Source: Octopus sinensis (lineage: Eukaryota). From it: a DNA stretch of 64,000 nucleotides. Under the pieces are notes generated by a model, which made no database searches, was not told the origin of the DNA, and saw only the letters and a program-made list of their open reading frames with translations. The DNA is taken from NCBI RefSeq assembly GCF_006345805.1, contig NC_042999.1, forward strand, positions 95,232,001 through 95,296,000. Direction: 5' to 3'. The position numbers and the translations under genes are program-made. This document shows positions 10,946 to 23,900 of this stretch, one piece after another; position 1 is the stretch's first letter, and the number at the start of each line of letters is the position of its first letter.

Positions 10946-12264
10946 TATATATAATCCTAACATGGGTCAATACAGTGAAAACACTAACACCGAACATGAT
11001 AGTATATACCACACCCATAACCCTAGCACTATAACCAGTATAACCAGGATACAAGCATGTCCACTTCCAAGGTAGGTCAGAGTACAGCTAAAACGAATGT
11101 TAATGCTAATAGCACTACTAATGCTAATAATTCTAATACAATCAGTACTACCACTACACTAATACTATTACTATGACTAATCATAATAATAATAATAAAA
11201 CAAGCCAATCCCCTAATACCACCCTAAACTTTAACTTGTCCATAAATGGTACAGCATCTTCCCAATCCACAACTAACCTACATAAGACAGATAGTTGCAA
11301 CTGCCAGTCCAGGACCAAATGCCAACTGCATAAGGTTTAACATAGTATACAAATGCATTGTCCACAACATATAATTCTACTAGCTACTACATCAAGTCTA
11401 CTATTAATTTTAAACAGAGATATTCTGCACATCTAAACTCATTTAAATATGAAGAGCATAGCAAATCCATGTCCTTAGCCAACCACATACACCATCTGAT
11501 AAATAGGAGAGTATCATATAGGATATCCTGGGCTATAATAGATTCTGGCTTACTAAGGCCAGTGCTCTACATGTAGACTCTGTCTGAAAGGGCCTTCCAA
11601 ATATTAATTCATAATTTGCCACAATTACTCAATAAACAGCATGAAGCATTTTCTACAAGCAAGCATAAGTTCTTTTGCACCTGTAGATTCTTCCATTGAT
11701 CCAAATGCAAGCAAAACCAATGCACATAACACTTGCCTATATGCATCCATGGTCATTACAATATATGTACGTTTTTCCTTTCCTTTTCTTCTCTATCAAC
11801 ATAAGTATCTGAGAAGCTAGCTAGCTTTAATTCATAAATTTTTAATTTCTAACTTTCAATTTTAAATTTTTAACTTAACTTTTTTAATTTTTAATTCTTT
11901 AATTCGTATCCTTTATCCATTTAATTGTAATTTCATCCTATTTATACCCCTTAAGCTTGGTATCTATTTTTAACTATTCCTACTGGCCACTCGCCACACC
12001 CAATCTAGATTCCATCTATTTAATAAGCATAAATATCTTTCCACTTTCACTTTATCAAAACCTTTATATGCCAACTGTAGAAGAAGGATTAATGAAAATG
12101 CTTTAGCTTGAAAGTTTTGGCCATACTGAAGCACTGCCAATTGGTATAGCTACATTTTCATTAATCTTTTTTTACTAGTTGGCATTTGGTGAATGAGGGA
12201 GCTTGATGTTGCAGCTCTAAATTATACAAACACATGTATACATATTCTTATATTCTTTTTTTTT

Positions 12265-12586
12265 TCTGTTTCAATTATCTTGACTATGGCCATGCTGGAG
12301 CACCACCTTTAGTCAAACAAATCAACTCCACGACTCACTCTTTGTAAGCCTATTACTTATTCTATCGGTCTCTTTTGCCAAACTGCTAAGTTACAGGGAT
12401 GTAAACACACCAGCATTGGTTGTCATGCGATAGTGGGGGAACAAACACAGTCACACAAATCCTCTCACAAGGCTTTGTCAGCCCGAGGCTATAGTAGAAG
12501 ACACTTGCCCAAGGTGCCATGCAGTGGGACTGAACCTGGAACCATATGGCTGGGAAGCAAGCTTCTTACCACACAGCCACTCTTAT
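12265..12586 (-). mobile_element. tRNA-derived SINE type A (copy lacking the internal microsatellite)
   Basis: Colinear with 397-850. Head GTGGCTGTGTGGTAAGAAGC...GGTTCCAGGTTCAGTCCC; head and body are fused at CACACAAATCC. Confidence 0.85.
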
Positions 12587-12653
12587 ATACACATGTGTAA
12601 GTATGTATATATGTATACCAATCTCCCTCCCTCTCCCTACTCTCTCTCACTTC

Positions 12654-12813
12654 GGTCCACACTGTAAAATGGCTGGCATTTGAAAGACCATCTAGCTGTA
12701 AAAAACCATGCCAAAACAGACACAGAAGTATGGTGCAGGCTTCTGCCTGGCCAGCTCCTGTCAAACCATCCAACCCATGCCAGTATGGAAGGAGGACATT
12801 AAATGATGATGAT
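12654..12813 (+). mobile_element. SINE/LINE fragment with RTE-type 3' tail
   Basis: AAACCATGCCAAAACAGAC...CCAACCCATGCCAGTATGGAA..GGACATTAAAT(GAT)n. Confidence 0.75.
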
Positions 12814-12816
12814 ATG

Positions 12817-12847
<31 letters not shown>

Positions 12848-13689
12848 CTTATGCATTAAGGTTTCTTGTTTTGTTTTTTTTACCTACTCATCAAGTGTTC
12901 TTGAAGTAGTTATCTGAAAGAAGCACCCAGAAAATTATCCTCATTTAATTATTAATTACCAATTATGATTGAATACTACTTTTTATTTTGTTTAATATAT
13001 AGTAACCAATGATCTCTTTTGAAGAAAAATCAGAACAATTAGACTAACATGCAAAATAATCTTTGAAATATTGAAGTGTATGACTTTAATAAACAAAGAA
13101 TCTTTTCCTTTAATATTATTGACTGATGGATTATTTCCATGAATATTTGAAGATAAATTTCATGTTCATTCCCTCATTATAAATTGAAAATAATTATTTT
13201 TTATGTTTTCCTTTTAGTGTGTTTTAAATTATGGCATGGCATTTATTTTTCTGAAAATTAAGTCAGTGACCTAGTTTCAATTCTTAAGTGGAATTCTTTC
13301 ATTGATATTAATCATTTCATCAATTCTTTTATGAATAAGATGTCATACATATAAGTTAAATATATGGAAAGGATTGTTGTCAGGTCACTTCAATCTATCC
13401 TTTATGCCTTAGATGCATAACTTCTTTGACATTCATTGAGTTCTGAAACATTTTAGCATTGTAAGAATTTTAAACTATCTCTTCAATACCTAGGCATCTT
13501 AGAGGTGTAACACTTTGTTCTACTACTACTACTACTACACACACACACACACATACATTTGTATCTATATATATATATTTATATATATATATATATATAC
13601 ACCCATGCCGGCATGGAGCACGGACATTAAACAATGATGACGACGACGACATACATACATACATCTATATACAGGGAGAGAAATGGTTT

Positions 13690-13905
13690 CTGTGACTATC
13701 ATTTTGGTTTCAAATTTTGGCACAAGGCCAGCAAGATAGGGGGATGTCAATTTCATCAATTAATTGGTACTTACTTTATCAACCCCAAAAGGGATGAAAG
13801 ACAAAGTCAATCTCAGTGGAATTTGAACTCAGAATGTAAAGACAGACGAAATTCTGTTAAACATTTTGCCTGGTGCAGTAACAATTCTGTCAGCTCACCA
13901 CCTTA
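13690..13905 (-). mobile_element. tRNA-derived SINE type C
   Basis: Reverse complement shows head GGTGGTGAGCTGACAGAATTG, B-box TTCTGAGTTCAAATTCC, core GACTTTGTCTTTCATCCC..GGGGTTGATAAAGTAAGTACC and tail GCCTTGTGCCAAAATTTGAAACC. Confidence 0.78.
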
Positions 13906-14799
13906 AATCTTATGTTGGAAATGCTCATGGATATGTTTCATTCTGGTATTACATGATATTGGTTGTTATGTATGGCTTTACATGAGTGTGCAAGGATAGA
14001 CAGAGGGATATGTTGTTATAATCTTCAAATTAAAGACACTTTTTACCAAAAATGAAATACAAAATTGCAATATTTTTCTTTGGTTTATGATGAATAGATT
14101 AAACATTATTTTAATAACAAAAGAAGCTTCTAGCAATCTCCACACATTGAATTAATCAATTCATAGATTGCAGTTACATAAATAAACTTTAATCAATAAA
14201 TCATAATGTTTTACTGTTCTAACTTGGTAGTATAGAATGTATTGTTTTGGCTGTATGTCATAATAACTGTACTTTTATTTAGAAATTAAGTTGGATATCA
14301 GAAAATAAAATATGCTATCTCATTGCTACTTGTTAATTTGTGATTAGAAGGACATTATTTTGTAAGAATATTATTCATCCTTTTCATATCTAACCAAATA
14401 AATAAGTGTTAAATTGTCTGATGAATGTTGTTGAGCAAGAGATAAGCTACTAGAAACTGAGGTTCATACATAGCTGTCAATTCCTAGTTGAGATCAGTTC
14501 ACTCCATTATGCATTGCTATTGTTATTGAAAAAGGCTTGAACGTCACAGAATTTTATTCTCATCCTAAATAAAAATGTGCTGCCTTAATTTTAAATTTAA
14601 AAAAAAGCTATTAATTCATAAGCTTTGTTCCCAAATTTCCATAAATTTGGGTTAAAATAATTAACTATGTGGACTCTACAAGATTTCACTTCCTAATCAT
14701 ATAAAAATAATATACAAGTTTTTATCATCTAGCTAGACTTACAATTTTCTACTCAAGTGTCAGAAATGCTTTCACACTTCAACATCATTCATCCAATAA

Positions 14800-15340
14800 G
14801 CCTGTCAACATTGTTAGTGCCAAACCTCATCCTCTACACTACACATGACACAAGGGATGTGTTGTATGACTCTCTCATGAACATTGCAAGGGAGACCAAG
14901 CAAGCAAAACTGCATGGTGATTTCAGCACCAGAGTGTGTGCCAGCCATGATTCATGGCCAAGTTGCCTGAGGCAGCATAAATTACAACAGGCTATGATTG
15001 CTTGAGTTTCGCACAGTCCATGAACTATGTATCAACAACACTTACATCTAGAATACTTATATCTAGAATACAAAGTGTCTTGGAGACATCCTTACTCCAA
15101 ACACTGGCACCAAATAAACCTGATATTTACAAACTGCTCCCATCAGAGAAACATGCTTATGACTCAATATTTTCAGAGTGCTGACTTCATAGTAGATCAG
15201 TCTCTGGTTTACTGCAAGTTGCCTCCTTGGAAGCATTCTCACACACACTGCTATTGCCACCATCACCTCCATGTTGTTTCATTTTGGATCAACCAGCCAA
15301 CCAACCAACAGATCAGAAGGCTGCATGTTCGTATCAAGTT
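14800..15340 (+). mobile_element. RTE/BovB-like APE endonuclease relic
   Basis: LHGDFSTRV...HDSWPSCL.QH and YKVSWRHPYSKHWHQINLI...SADFIVDQSLVYCKL match the RTE endonuclease motifs GDFNARV and VSWRHP.SKHWHQ.D. Confidence 0.75.
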
Positions 15341-16179
15341 GGGGTCACCAATATTTAGCCACTTTTAGTAGCCTGTAAGTGTGTCTGGTAGTTGAACATG
15401 CGATGCTCAGCTAAATTAAATCTTCTAGTTCGGATGGCTGGTTGGTTGGTCAAAACCAAAACGACAGAGAGATGATGTATGTTCAGTCTGCTGGCTCATC
15501 GAGAGAACTTGCTGAACAGCCAGCGTTGACATGAGTGAATGAACTATGTGCCAAGAGAGCTCTAAAGCAAAGGAAAGAAAATTCTCTAGTGAGAAATGGT
15601 GACTGACATGCTTTATACAAATGCCAAACCAGAAGCAGAAGGAACCATTCCATTCTAACCAATCACAGAGAACAACAACAAACAAAAAAGGTGCAACCAC
15701 ACAAAGTCGACTGAGCCAACTTTGAAATGGAGAAATGTATATTTGCATGCAAGCCAATATCAAACACAGAGCTGCTACAACTTCTTAGCCACTCAGCCAC
15801 ACTTATACCTATGTATGTTTCTGTATATAATTGATGTAGACATGACATATAGTGTTATATACTTGTTTCTTCCAGAGCCATTAAAATCATAAAAAATATT
15901 ATATAGAAGAAATGACGTGATCTGTGGCAAGTTAATTACTTTTAAGTTAACAAACTGTTTTTAAATTATTCACCTGTCATCATAAGCTATTGTTATCAAC
16001 ACTATTTCAACAAATCAAAATTTTTTTATTCAATATTCTAATGTATTATTGCTATGGTTGTTGTAAAGTTTTTTATGTAATTATTGTAAGATTATAATAA
16101 TGTCATGTATAAATTGCATCTTAGCTATTGTTAGGCTATATCTAAGTTAGTGCAAGTCTTTCACTAAAGGACTAACAAA

Positions 16180-17397
16180 CAAGGTGGGGCAGAGACGATG
16201 GACGTTTTTGAAATGTCTATTACTCAGCCCCAATGGTGTCCTGGCATTCTTTTTTCTTTTCAGGTGAAGCCATGGCACTGTAGACAATAGAGCATCGCAT
16301 GTTTGCCTATACTGCTACATGAAGAGTAATGAGTCTGTCATAGCAGTTCAGCATGAGTTTCGGTGCCACTTCAGCATTCACCAAAATCAGGTTGTTCCCA
16401 CCCATAACACAATCATAGGAGACTGGTGGGAGCGCCACAAATGGTTTAGACCTCGGAAAATGTGGAAGCCTTGATACAGAATCTGAATCGCTCTGCTCAG
16501 AGGTATTCCACTGAACTTGGCATTGGTAATTAATCAGTAAGGTGTATTTTGCATGAAGACCTGCATTTCCACCTGTACAAATTGGTCATTGGGCAACAGT
16601 TAAGACCATGTGACTACACACAGCAGCTTAACTTTGCACATCAGATGGAAGCCATTTTTGAGGCAAATGAGAACCTCATTTTCTTAATGAGTGATGAAGC
16701 TCATTTTCATCTCAATGGCATGGTGAATCAACAGAACTGTTGTTACTGGGCTCTTGAAAATCCAAGATAACTGCAAGAAAGACCATTGTTGCACAGCCCA
16801 AAATCGACGGTCTGGTGTGCTGTTGGAAAAGCTGCCATCATTCGTCCTTGCTTTTTGTTACTGTGACCTCTGAGCATTACATCGAGATGATAAGCAACTT
16901 CTTTGTGCCTGAATTACTATGAAAACGTATGCCAATCTTATGTGTGTAGTTTCAGCTGGATAGGGCAACAGCCCACACAGCCACAGAATCATTGAACGTT
17001 CTTTGCCCTCTCTTCAGTGACCACCTCATTTCCAGGTTTGCTGACATACCTTGGCTCCCTCGATCCCCTGATTTGTCTATGTGTGATTATTTCTTGTGGA
17101 AAAACCTCAAGGCATGTGTGTAAGTGCATACATGGGACAATTTGAAGGAAGCTATTCACGTGGAAGTCACCCAAATTGACTGAGCAATGCTGGAGCGAGT
17201 GGAGGCCAACTTCCAAGAATGCCTTCAGAAATGCATGTATGAAAACGGACACCACACAATAGATATTGTTTGCTACACTTGATTTCGACAAATGCCAATT
17301 CAGTATGAACACACTGATGTCAATAAAATTTGTTTGCAGCTAAAATTAATGATTTTGTGAATTTTTGCACAATGTCCATCCTCTCTGCCCCACCCTG
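16180..17397 (+). mobile_element. Tc1/mariner DD41D (rosa/Visitor-like) transposon, degenerate
   Basis: ~28 bp TIRs CAAGGTGGGGCAGAGACGATGGACGTT / AATGTCCATCCTCTCTGCCCCACCCTG. MSDEAHFHLNGMVNQQN..YW..ENP; FQLDRATAHTA...WLPRSPDLSMCD, with 41 residues counted between the 2nd and 3rd Asp. Confidence 0.85.
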
Positions 17398-18929
17398 TAC
17401 TATAATTTTCATATTATTTCTCTGTACACATTCTATATTTCAACTCCTCAGACTTTAAACTATATACTTCCTATCCTTTGGTATAAGAAAGTAAGGAAAG
17501 TAGTTTTTTTTTAAACATCCAACATCTCATAAGAAGTATATTCTACAATTTCACAAGGGTGAATGAATCAAGGGTAAAATTTTGTAGATTATCCACGTTT
17601 TTGCTGTTAATCCTTTGGAATGATATAGTCCAGAAGTATGAAATACATGTGTGTAATACTTACTGAGTTTGAATTATTGCTCAGAAAGGCAGACGTTAAA
17701 TGACAATGACGACAACAACGATGATGAAAGAGTTTTGAAATGTGGCACTCAGCTCCTGTTGTTTTTATGCTGGTGTTATGAGGTCAAGAAAAAATAGGTG
17801 GAAGTCAGAATAGGAAGAGTGTTTAAGGTTTAAAAGTACTTGTTTCCTTTTTTGTCTGACATGGTACAATCTCAAGAGAATACAAAGAAGAGAAATATTG
17901 AATATTTTTATATTTTTTTGCATATTTAATAAAGCTGATATAAATTTGAAGAAAGTTACAAAATTGTTTCAACTGTAGAATCATACAGGATAATAAGAAA
18001 GCACAAGAGATAGAAGTTAATAATTGGTTACAGATGCAAATTGCTATTAATTTTTTTCCTTTCTTATCAAAATAAACATAATAGCACTTTACTGTTTTCT
18101 ATAACTGTCTATATAAGTATTTCTTCAAGAACTATAACAACATATAAAATCTACAATTTGTGACTGAAAAATAGAAAGATATTTAATATTAAGAAAACTT
18201 TCTTTGAATTCATTCTATGTCAAAGAGATTAAACCATTGAAAAATTGTTATAATCTAATTCTTGTCTGCTGTTTACTGTTGCACAAATTCAGATATTCAA
18301 CCAACAGATATTTCCCTTGAGAGAGTTGCATAGAGTGAATTATGAATTACTTGCAAAACTGTTTACTTTATTAATTTTCCTAGGCTTCCAAGCAAACTTA
18401 GCTCAGAAAATTTCAGGCTATGGCATTTAATCAATAACATCACATGAAGTGGGTTCAGCCTTGTAAAAATGAAAGAAAGAAAGTAGAATGTGAAGACCAT
18501 ATCAAATATTAAAGTTACAAAAATAAAAAAAAATAACAATAATAGTTATTGATTCAAAAGACATTTTAATAATCAACATTCTTGCTTGTTTAGCAGCAAA
18601 TCTTGTATTTCTTTTAGATGCACATATCATTATCATGATGCATTTACTGTTTATTTTTTTTGGTTATAAATATTGATTGCAGAAACCTTGAAGTTTCTTC
18701 CAGAAATTCAAAGAATTTTGGATAGCTCTTAGACAGTTTGGCAATAATCTAGGTATGATTTTCTTACTATTTATGACTGGTTTACCAAAAGGACTTGCAT
18801 GATTGTAAATGCAGCAAGATTTCAACAAGTGTTCTAGTTGTTTTTTAATTTTTTTCATGAACAGAAATGATTAATTCCATTAATATTGCTACTGCCACCA
18901 TTAATACCACAATTAGCATCAGCATGACT

Positions 18930-19570
18930 ATTTTAATACCTCATTTTGTATATGGATGACCTTAGGTTGAGTGCTGCAGACGATAAACAGCAAGAACTAC
19001 AGCTGCAGCCATTACTCAAAATTACTAAAGGAATTGATATGAGATTCAGATTAGAAAAATGTGCCAAGCAATCTTGTAGGTAAGATAATAAATTAAGGAA
19101 ACTAATTCCATGTTTGATAAAGGAACAGAGATAAAATAATTTCACCCAGCACAAACCTATCAGTATTTAGGAATCAATGAACTACACAGAAAACTAATTG
19201 CACATGAATAAAAGAGAAGGTTAAGAAAGAAAATTATCTTAAATTAAATTAAAGCAAAACATAGAGCTAAATAAGAAAAATACAGTAATAATCATCAATA
19301 TTGTATTTCAGTAATAAGTTATAGTTAAAATGTTCTCAACTTGATGCTAAATGAACAAGATAGACTACACCAAGAAACGAGTAAAAGAATAAAGAATTTA
19401 GAATGCACCACTCTTTAAATCTAACTTATATATACTATGTATACAGGAAGGTAAGGACTTTTATGTGATAAAAATTTTAATAGAATATCAACAGAAAAAG
19501 TACAAAAATATCTAATAAGGAATAATGTAAACCTAATACAAATGGCTATGAATGCAAGTAAAATAAAAAG
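18930..19570 (+). mobile_element. R4/Dong-like LINE RT relic
   Basis: HFVYMDDLRLSA..DKQQELQL....DMRFRLEKCAK, then a YLGI segment and an MHH.....LY...G.G-like segment. Confidence 0.65.
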
Positions 19571-19599
19571 AAAAAAGAACTCTTTCTTACTTCAGAGAA

Positions 19600-19639
19600 G
19601 TATATATATATTCATATATATATATATTCATATATATAT

Positions 19640-19690
<51 letters not shown>

Positions 19691-19747
19691 TATATGTACA
19701 TATATATATGTACATATGTACATATATATATATATGTACATATGTAC

Positions 19748-19786
<39 letters not shown>

Positions 19787-19860
19787 ATATATATATGTAC
19801 ATATATATATATATATATGTACATACATATATATATATATATGTACATATATATATATGT

Positions 19861-19902
<42 letters not shown>

Positions 19903-19993
19903 ATATACATATATATATATAGTACATATATATATATGTACATATATTATATATATTATATATGTACATATATATATATTATATATATATATA

Positions 19994-20029
<36 letters not shown>

Positions 20030-20046
20030 TATATATATATAATATA

Positions 20047-20082
<36 letters not shown>

Positions 20083-20455
20083 TATATATATATATACATA
20101 TAGATGTACATATTATATATATATATATATATATGTACATATATATATATATACATATATATATGTACAATATATATATATATATATATAATATATATAT
20201 ATATACATATATATATATGTACATATATATATATATATATATTATATGTACATATATATATATGTACATATATAATATATATATGTACATATATATGTAC
20301 ATATATATATATGTATATATATATATATATGTACATATATATATGCAAGTATGAAATGCAAGTAAAATTAAAAAAAAAAGAACTGTTTCTTACTTCAGAG
20401 AAGTATATATATATATTCATATATATATATTCATATATATATATATATATATTAT

Positions 20456-20493
<38 letters not shown>

Positions 20494-20498
20494 ATATA

Positions 20499-20538
<40 letters not shown>

Positions 20539-20678
20539 TATATATATATATCATATATATATTTATATATATATATATATATTCATATATATATATATAT
20601 ATATATTCATATTATATATATATTATATATATATATATTCATATTTATATATATTATATATATTCTATATATATATAT

Positions 20679-20724
<46 letters not shown>

Positions 20725-20850
20725 ATATATATATAATTATATATGTATATATATTCATATATATATATATATAATATTCATATATATAATATATATATAT
20801 ATTCTATATATAATATATATATATATATATCATATATATATATATATATG
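19600..20850. repeat. large interrupted (TA)n arrays (GTAC-type, then TTCA-type)
   Basis: Direct reading. A ~50 bp non-repetitive segment occurs at 19551-19600 and again at 20355-20403. Confidence 0.95.
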
Positions 20851-20851
20851 A

Positions 20852-20907
20852 TGATTGATTGATTGATTCTAGTTTCAGCTTATGAGCTGTGGCCTGCTGG
20901 GGCACCG
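20852..20907 (-). mobile_element. extreme 5'-truncated CR1 3' tail (56 bp)
   Basis: Reverse complement CGGTGCCCCAGCAGGCCACAGCTCATAAGCTGAAACTAGAATCAATCAATCAATCA is nearly identical to 36110-36160. Confidence 0.85.
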
Positions 20908-20969
20908 ATATATATATTATATAATATATATATTCATATATATATATATATATATTCATTATATATACA

Positions 20970-23900
20970 CAAAACACACACACCACAAAAAATATTTCTA
21001 CTGAATGTAGGAGGGCTGCTGCGCGGAAACTGTAAAGGAAAATTTCATTCCTGAGAGACCTTGTGACATGCAATCAAGCTATATGCATGGCACTCACAGA
21101 AACGCATCTTGAACCCGATATAGGTGATGCAAAATACACATGCCGCAATATGCAGTCATACGCACAGATAGAAAAGGGAGGAGCCATGGTGGAGTTGCAA
21201 TGTACATCCGAGATGACCTCACGCCCAGGTCCTGCTGTTCATATTCAAACTCAGTATGTGAAACTCAAATTGTACCCATAAGACAACTGAATATCGTCAT
21301 ATGCACTACATATCGCCCACCAGACGCCCCAAAACACTCAGGCATGTTTGAAGACTGCCTAACAAAAATAGGAGAAGTCCTCACCAACCTTGAACAGCAC
21401 AACAGTGTATTCTTCATGGGTGACTTTAACCTCCCCAATGTGGAATGGCCTGGGGGGCAGATGCTCCCAGGGATGACACACCATCAGCAGGCACAGGTGG
21501 AGTCCCTGCTCCATCTCACAAATACCTCTTTCATGGAGCAAATAGTTCTGCAACCACACAAGGGCAGATAATATACTGGATCTCTGCTTTACAAACAATA
21601 TGGATATTATCCATAATGTTAATGTGATGCCGACAATGATCTCGGATCACAACATAATAGAGCTGTCTATGTATGGAACAAAAGCCCCCGCAGACAAACA
21701 GCCTATACGAAGCACCCACCATCTCTCCAACTTAAACTTCATAAAGCCAACTGGAAGTCGATTGAGAAAGAGATCCTAAACAGGATTGGCCTGAATGTCT
21801 CTCCACACCGGACATAAACATGAAACACAAAAAACTTCATGTCCATAATACAAGCCATATGTGACAATATGTCCCAATGTGCCAGGGCCAGCACACACAA
21901 GAATAAAAAACAGGATCCCTAGAGAAAGGAGGATTCTTATGAGACGACGGACAAGGATTGCAAACCACCTGAGCAAGCACACCAAAAGTGGTGAGAAGTC
22001 TCGGCTCGAAAGAATGCTAATGGAAACTGAGAAAAGTCTACATCAGTCCCATGAAAGGAGAGAGCAGATAAAGAAGCTTGGGTAATAGAAATATAAAATC
22101 AAACCCTAAAGCTTTCTTTAAGTTTGCCAAAGAGACAGCCCACAGTGCACCAGAGATAGGACCTCTCTTCCAAAAAGATGGCTCTCACAGGAAATCCACG
22201 AGGATAAGTGAAATACTGAACGAACAGTTCCAAAGTGTGTTCACTACACCTCTAGGACACAGGCAAGTAAACAACCCAGAAGAATTCTTTGCCACTTTAC
22301 CAGCGGCCAAAGAGACAAAAATTGAGTACATCAACATCGAAGAAGATGATATCACACTAGCCATTGATGAGATTGACACAAACTCAGCTGCTGGACCTGA
22401 TGGATTCCCAGCGATCCTTCTCAAATCGTGCAAACGAGCCCTGCAAAACCGCTACAGCTTCTTTTTCAGAGCTTTCTTGCAAGTGGTAAGCTCCCAGTCA
22501 AACTGAAAGAGGGGGGGGGTAATATGCCCTATCCATAAGGGAGGTAGCAGAGCAGATGCTAAAAATTATAGGCCTATCTCTCTGACCTCACACATCAGCA
22601 AAGTCATGAACGAATAGTCCGTAAGAAAAAAACTAACATGTTCCTTGAAGAAAATGACTTACTGTCTGACACCCAGCATGGATTTCGACCAGGTAGAGGC
22701 TGCCTAACACAGCTCCTGCAGCACTATGACTGGGTGTTGAAACAGCTACTAAATGGCTCAAATGTGGATGTAATATATCTTGACTTTGCAAAAGCCTTTG
22801 ATAAAGTCGACCATGGTATGATCTGTCATAAACTGCGTGGTCTCGGCATAGGCGGGAAACTTGGAGAGTGGCTGCACAACTTCCTAAAAGACAGAAAAAC
22901 AGGCAGTTGTGAGCAATGGCCCACCTCCAGGGAAACGCAAATAACAAGCAGTGTCCCACAGGGCACTGTCTTGGGGCCACTGATGTTCATAGTGGCCCTT
23001 TCAGACATGCCTTCAGTTGCACGATGACCACCCTTGCTAGCTATGCAGATGACACAAGGTCTCCACGCAATACAGAACCCTGAAAATATTGCGCATCTGC
23101 AACATGAGCTGGACACAATATACAGGTGGGAGTGAGGACAACAACATGCAGTTTAATGCAGGTAAGTTCCAGGCCCTGCGCTACTGGCACACAAGGTAAA
23201 TGACGTGAAGACTGGATACACTGGCCCAGAGAAGAATTGCAATCCCTGAGTCAAAATCAGTGCGTGACCTGGGCATTGACATGAGCAATGATGCATCTTC
23301 CAAATGCATATTGCTAATCTGGTGATAAAATGCAGACGGCTAGCTGGATGGATTCTCCGAACTTTCAGAACAAGAGAGAAGGAGACACTGATGGTCCTAT
23401 GGAAAACATTTGTCCTCAGCGCTTGGACTACTGCTCCCAACTTTGGTCACCCACACAATATAAAAACAAACAGCAGAACTCGAAGCAACTCAGAGAAGCT
23501 ACACAAAGAAAATCGTCTCAATGCAAATGTCAGCTACTGGGAAAGACTGAAGGTATTAAACCTCTTCTCCCTGGAGCGGAGGCGGAGGGGAGAGATATGC
23601 AGTAATATACATCTGGAAATCCTGGAGGGTCTTATCCCAAACTTTGGCATTCAAAGTTACTCCAACCGCAGAACGGGGCGCCGCTGCGTGGTGCCAAGGA
23701 TTCCAACATCACCATCAAAATACAGGTCCAGATACTGCAACAGCTTGGGTTTCAGAGGACCACAGCTTTTCAACATCCTCCCTAAATGCCTGAGAGACTT
23801 ACATGGTGTGGATGTGGGTTTCTTTAAAACTAAACTGGATCTCTTCTTGTTGGAAGTCCCCAGATGAACCTACCTCACGACAGGAGACGCGGATGCGGGC

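Larger units (their letters stand above)
9750..11700 (+). mobile_element. Penelope-like element with YRDD-type RT and C-terminal GIY-YIG (degenerate)
   Basis: FFDITMGSSDF.LV, NLYRDDAL, YPYHKPN..Y...NSNH, ILWF....NVK..AKIF...NFP..HKYHSIFNRST, CNCQ, NIVYKC.V...SYYI.ST.NFKQRYSAHLNSF...SMSLANHI. A presumed 3' region continues to ~12240. Confidence 0.82.

Noticed and set aside
14418-14462. TGATGA...CTGA as a C/D snoRNA or hammerhead
   Set aside because: The spacing is too short, there is no terminal stem, and there is no helix II.
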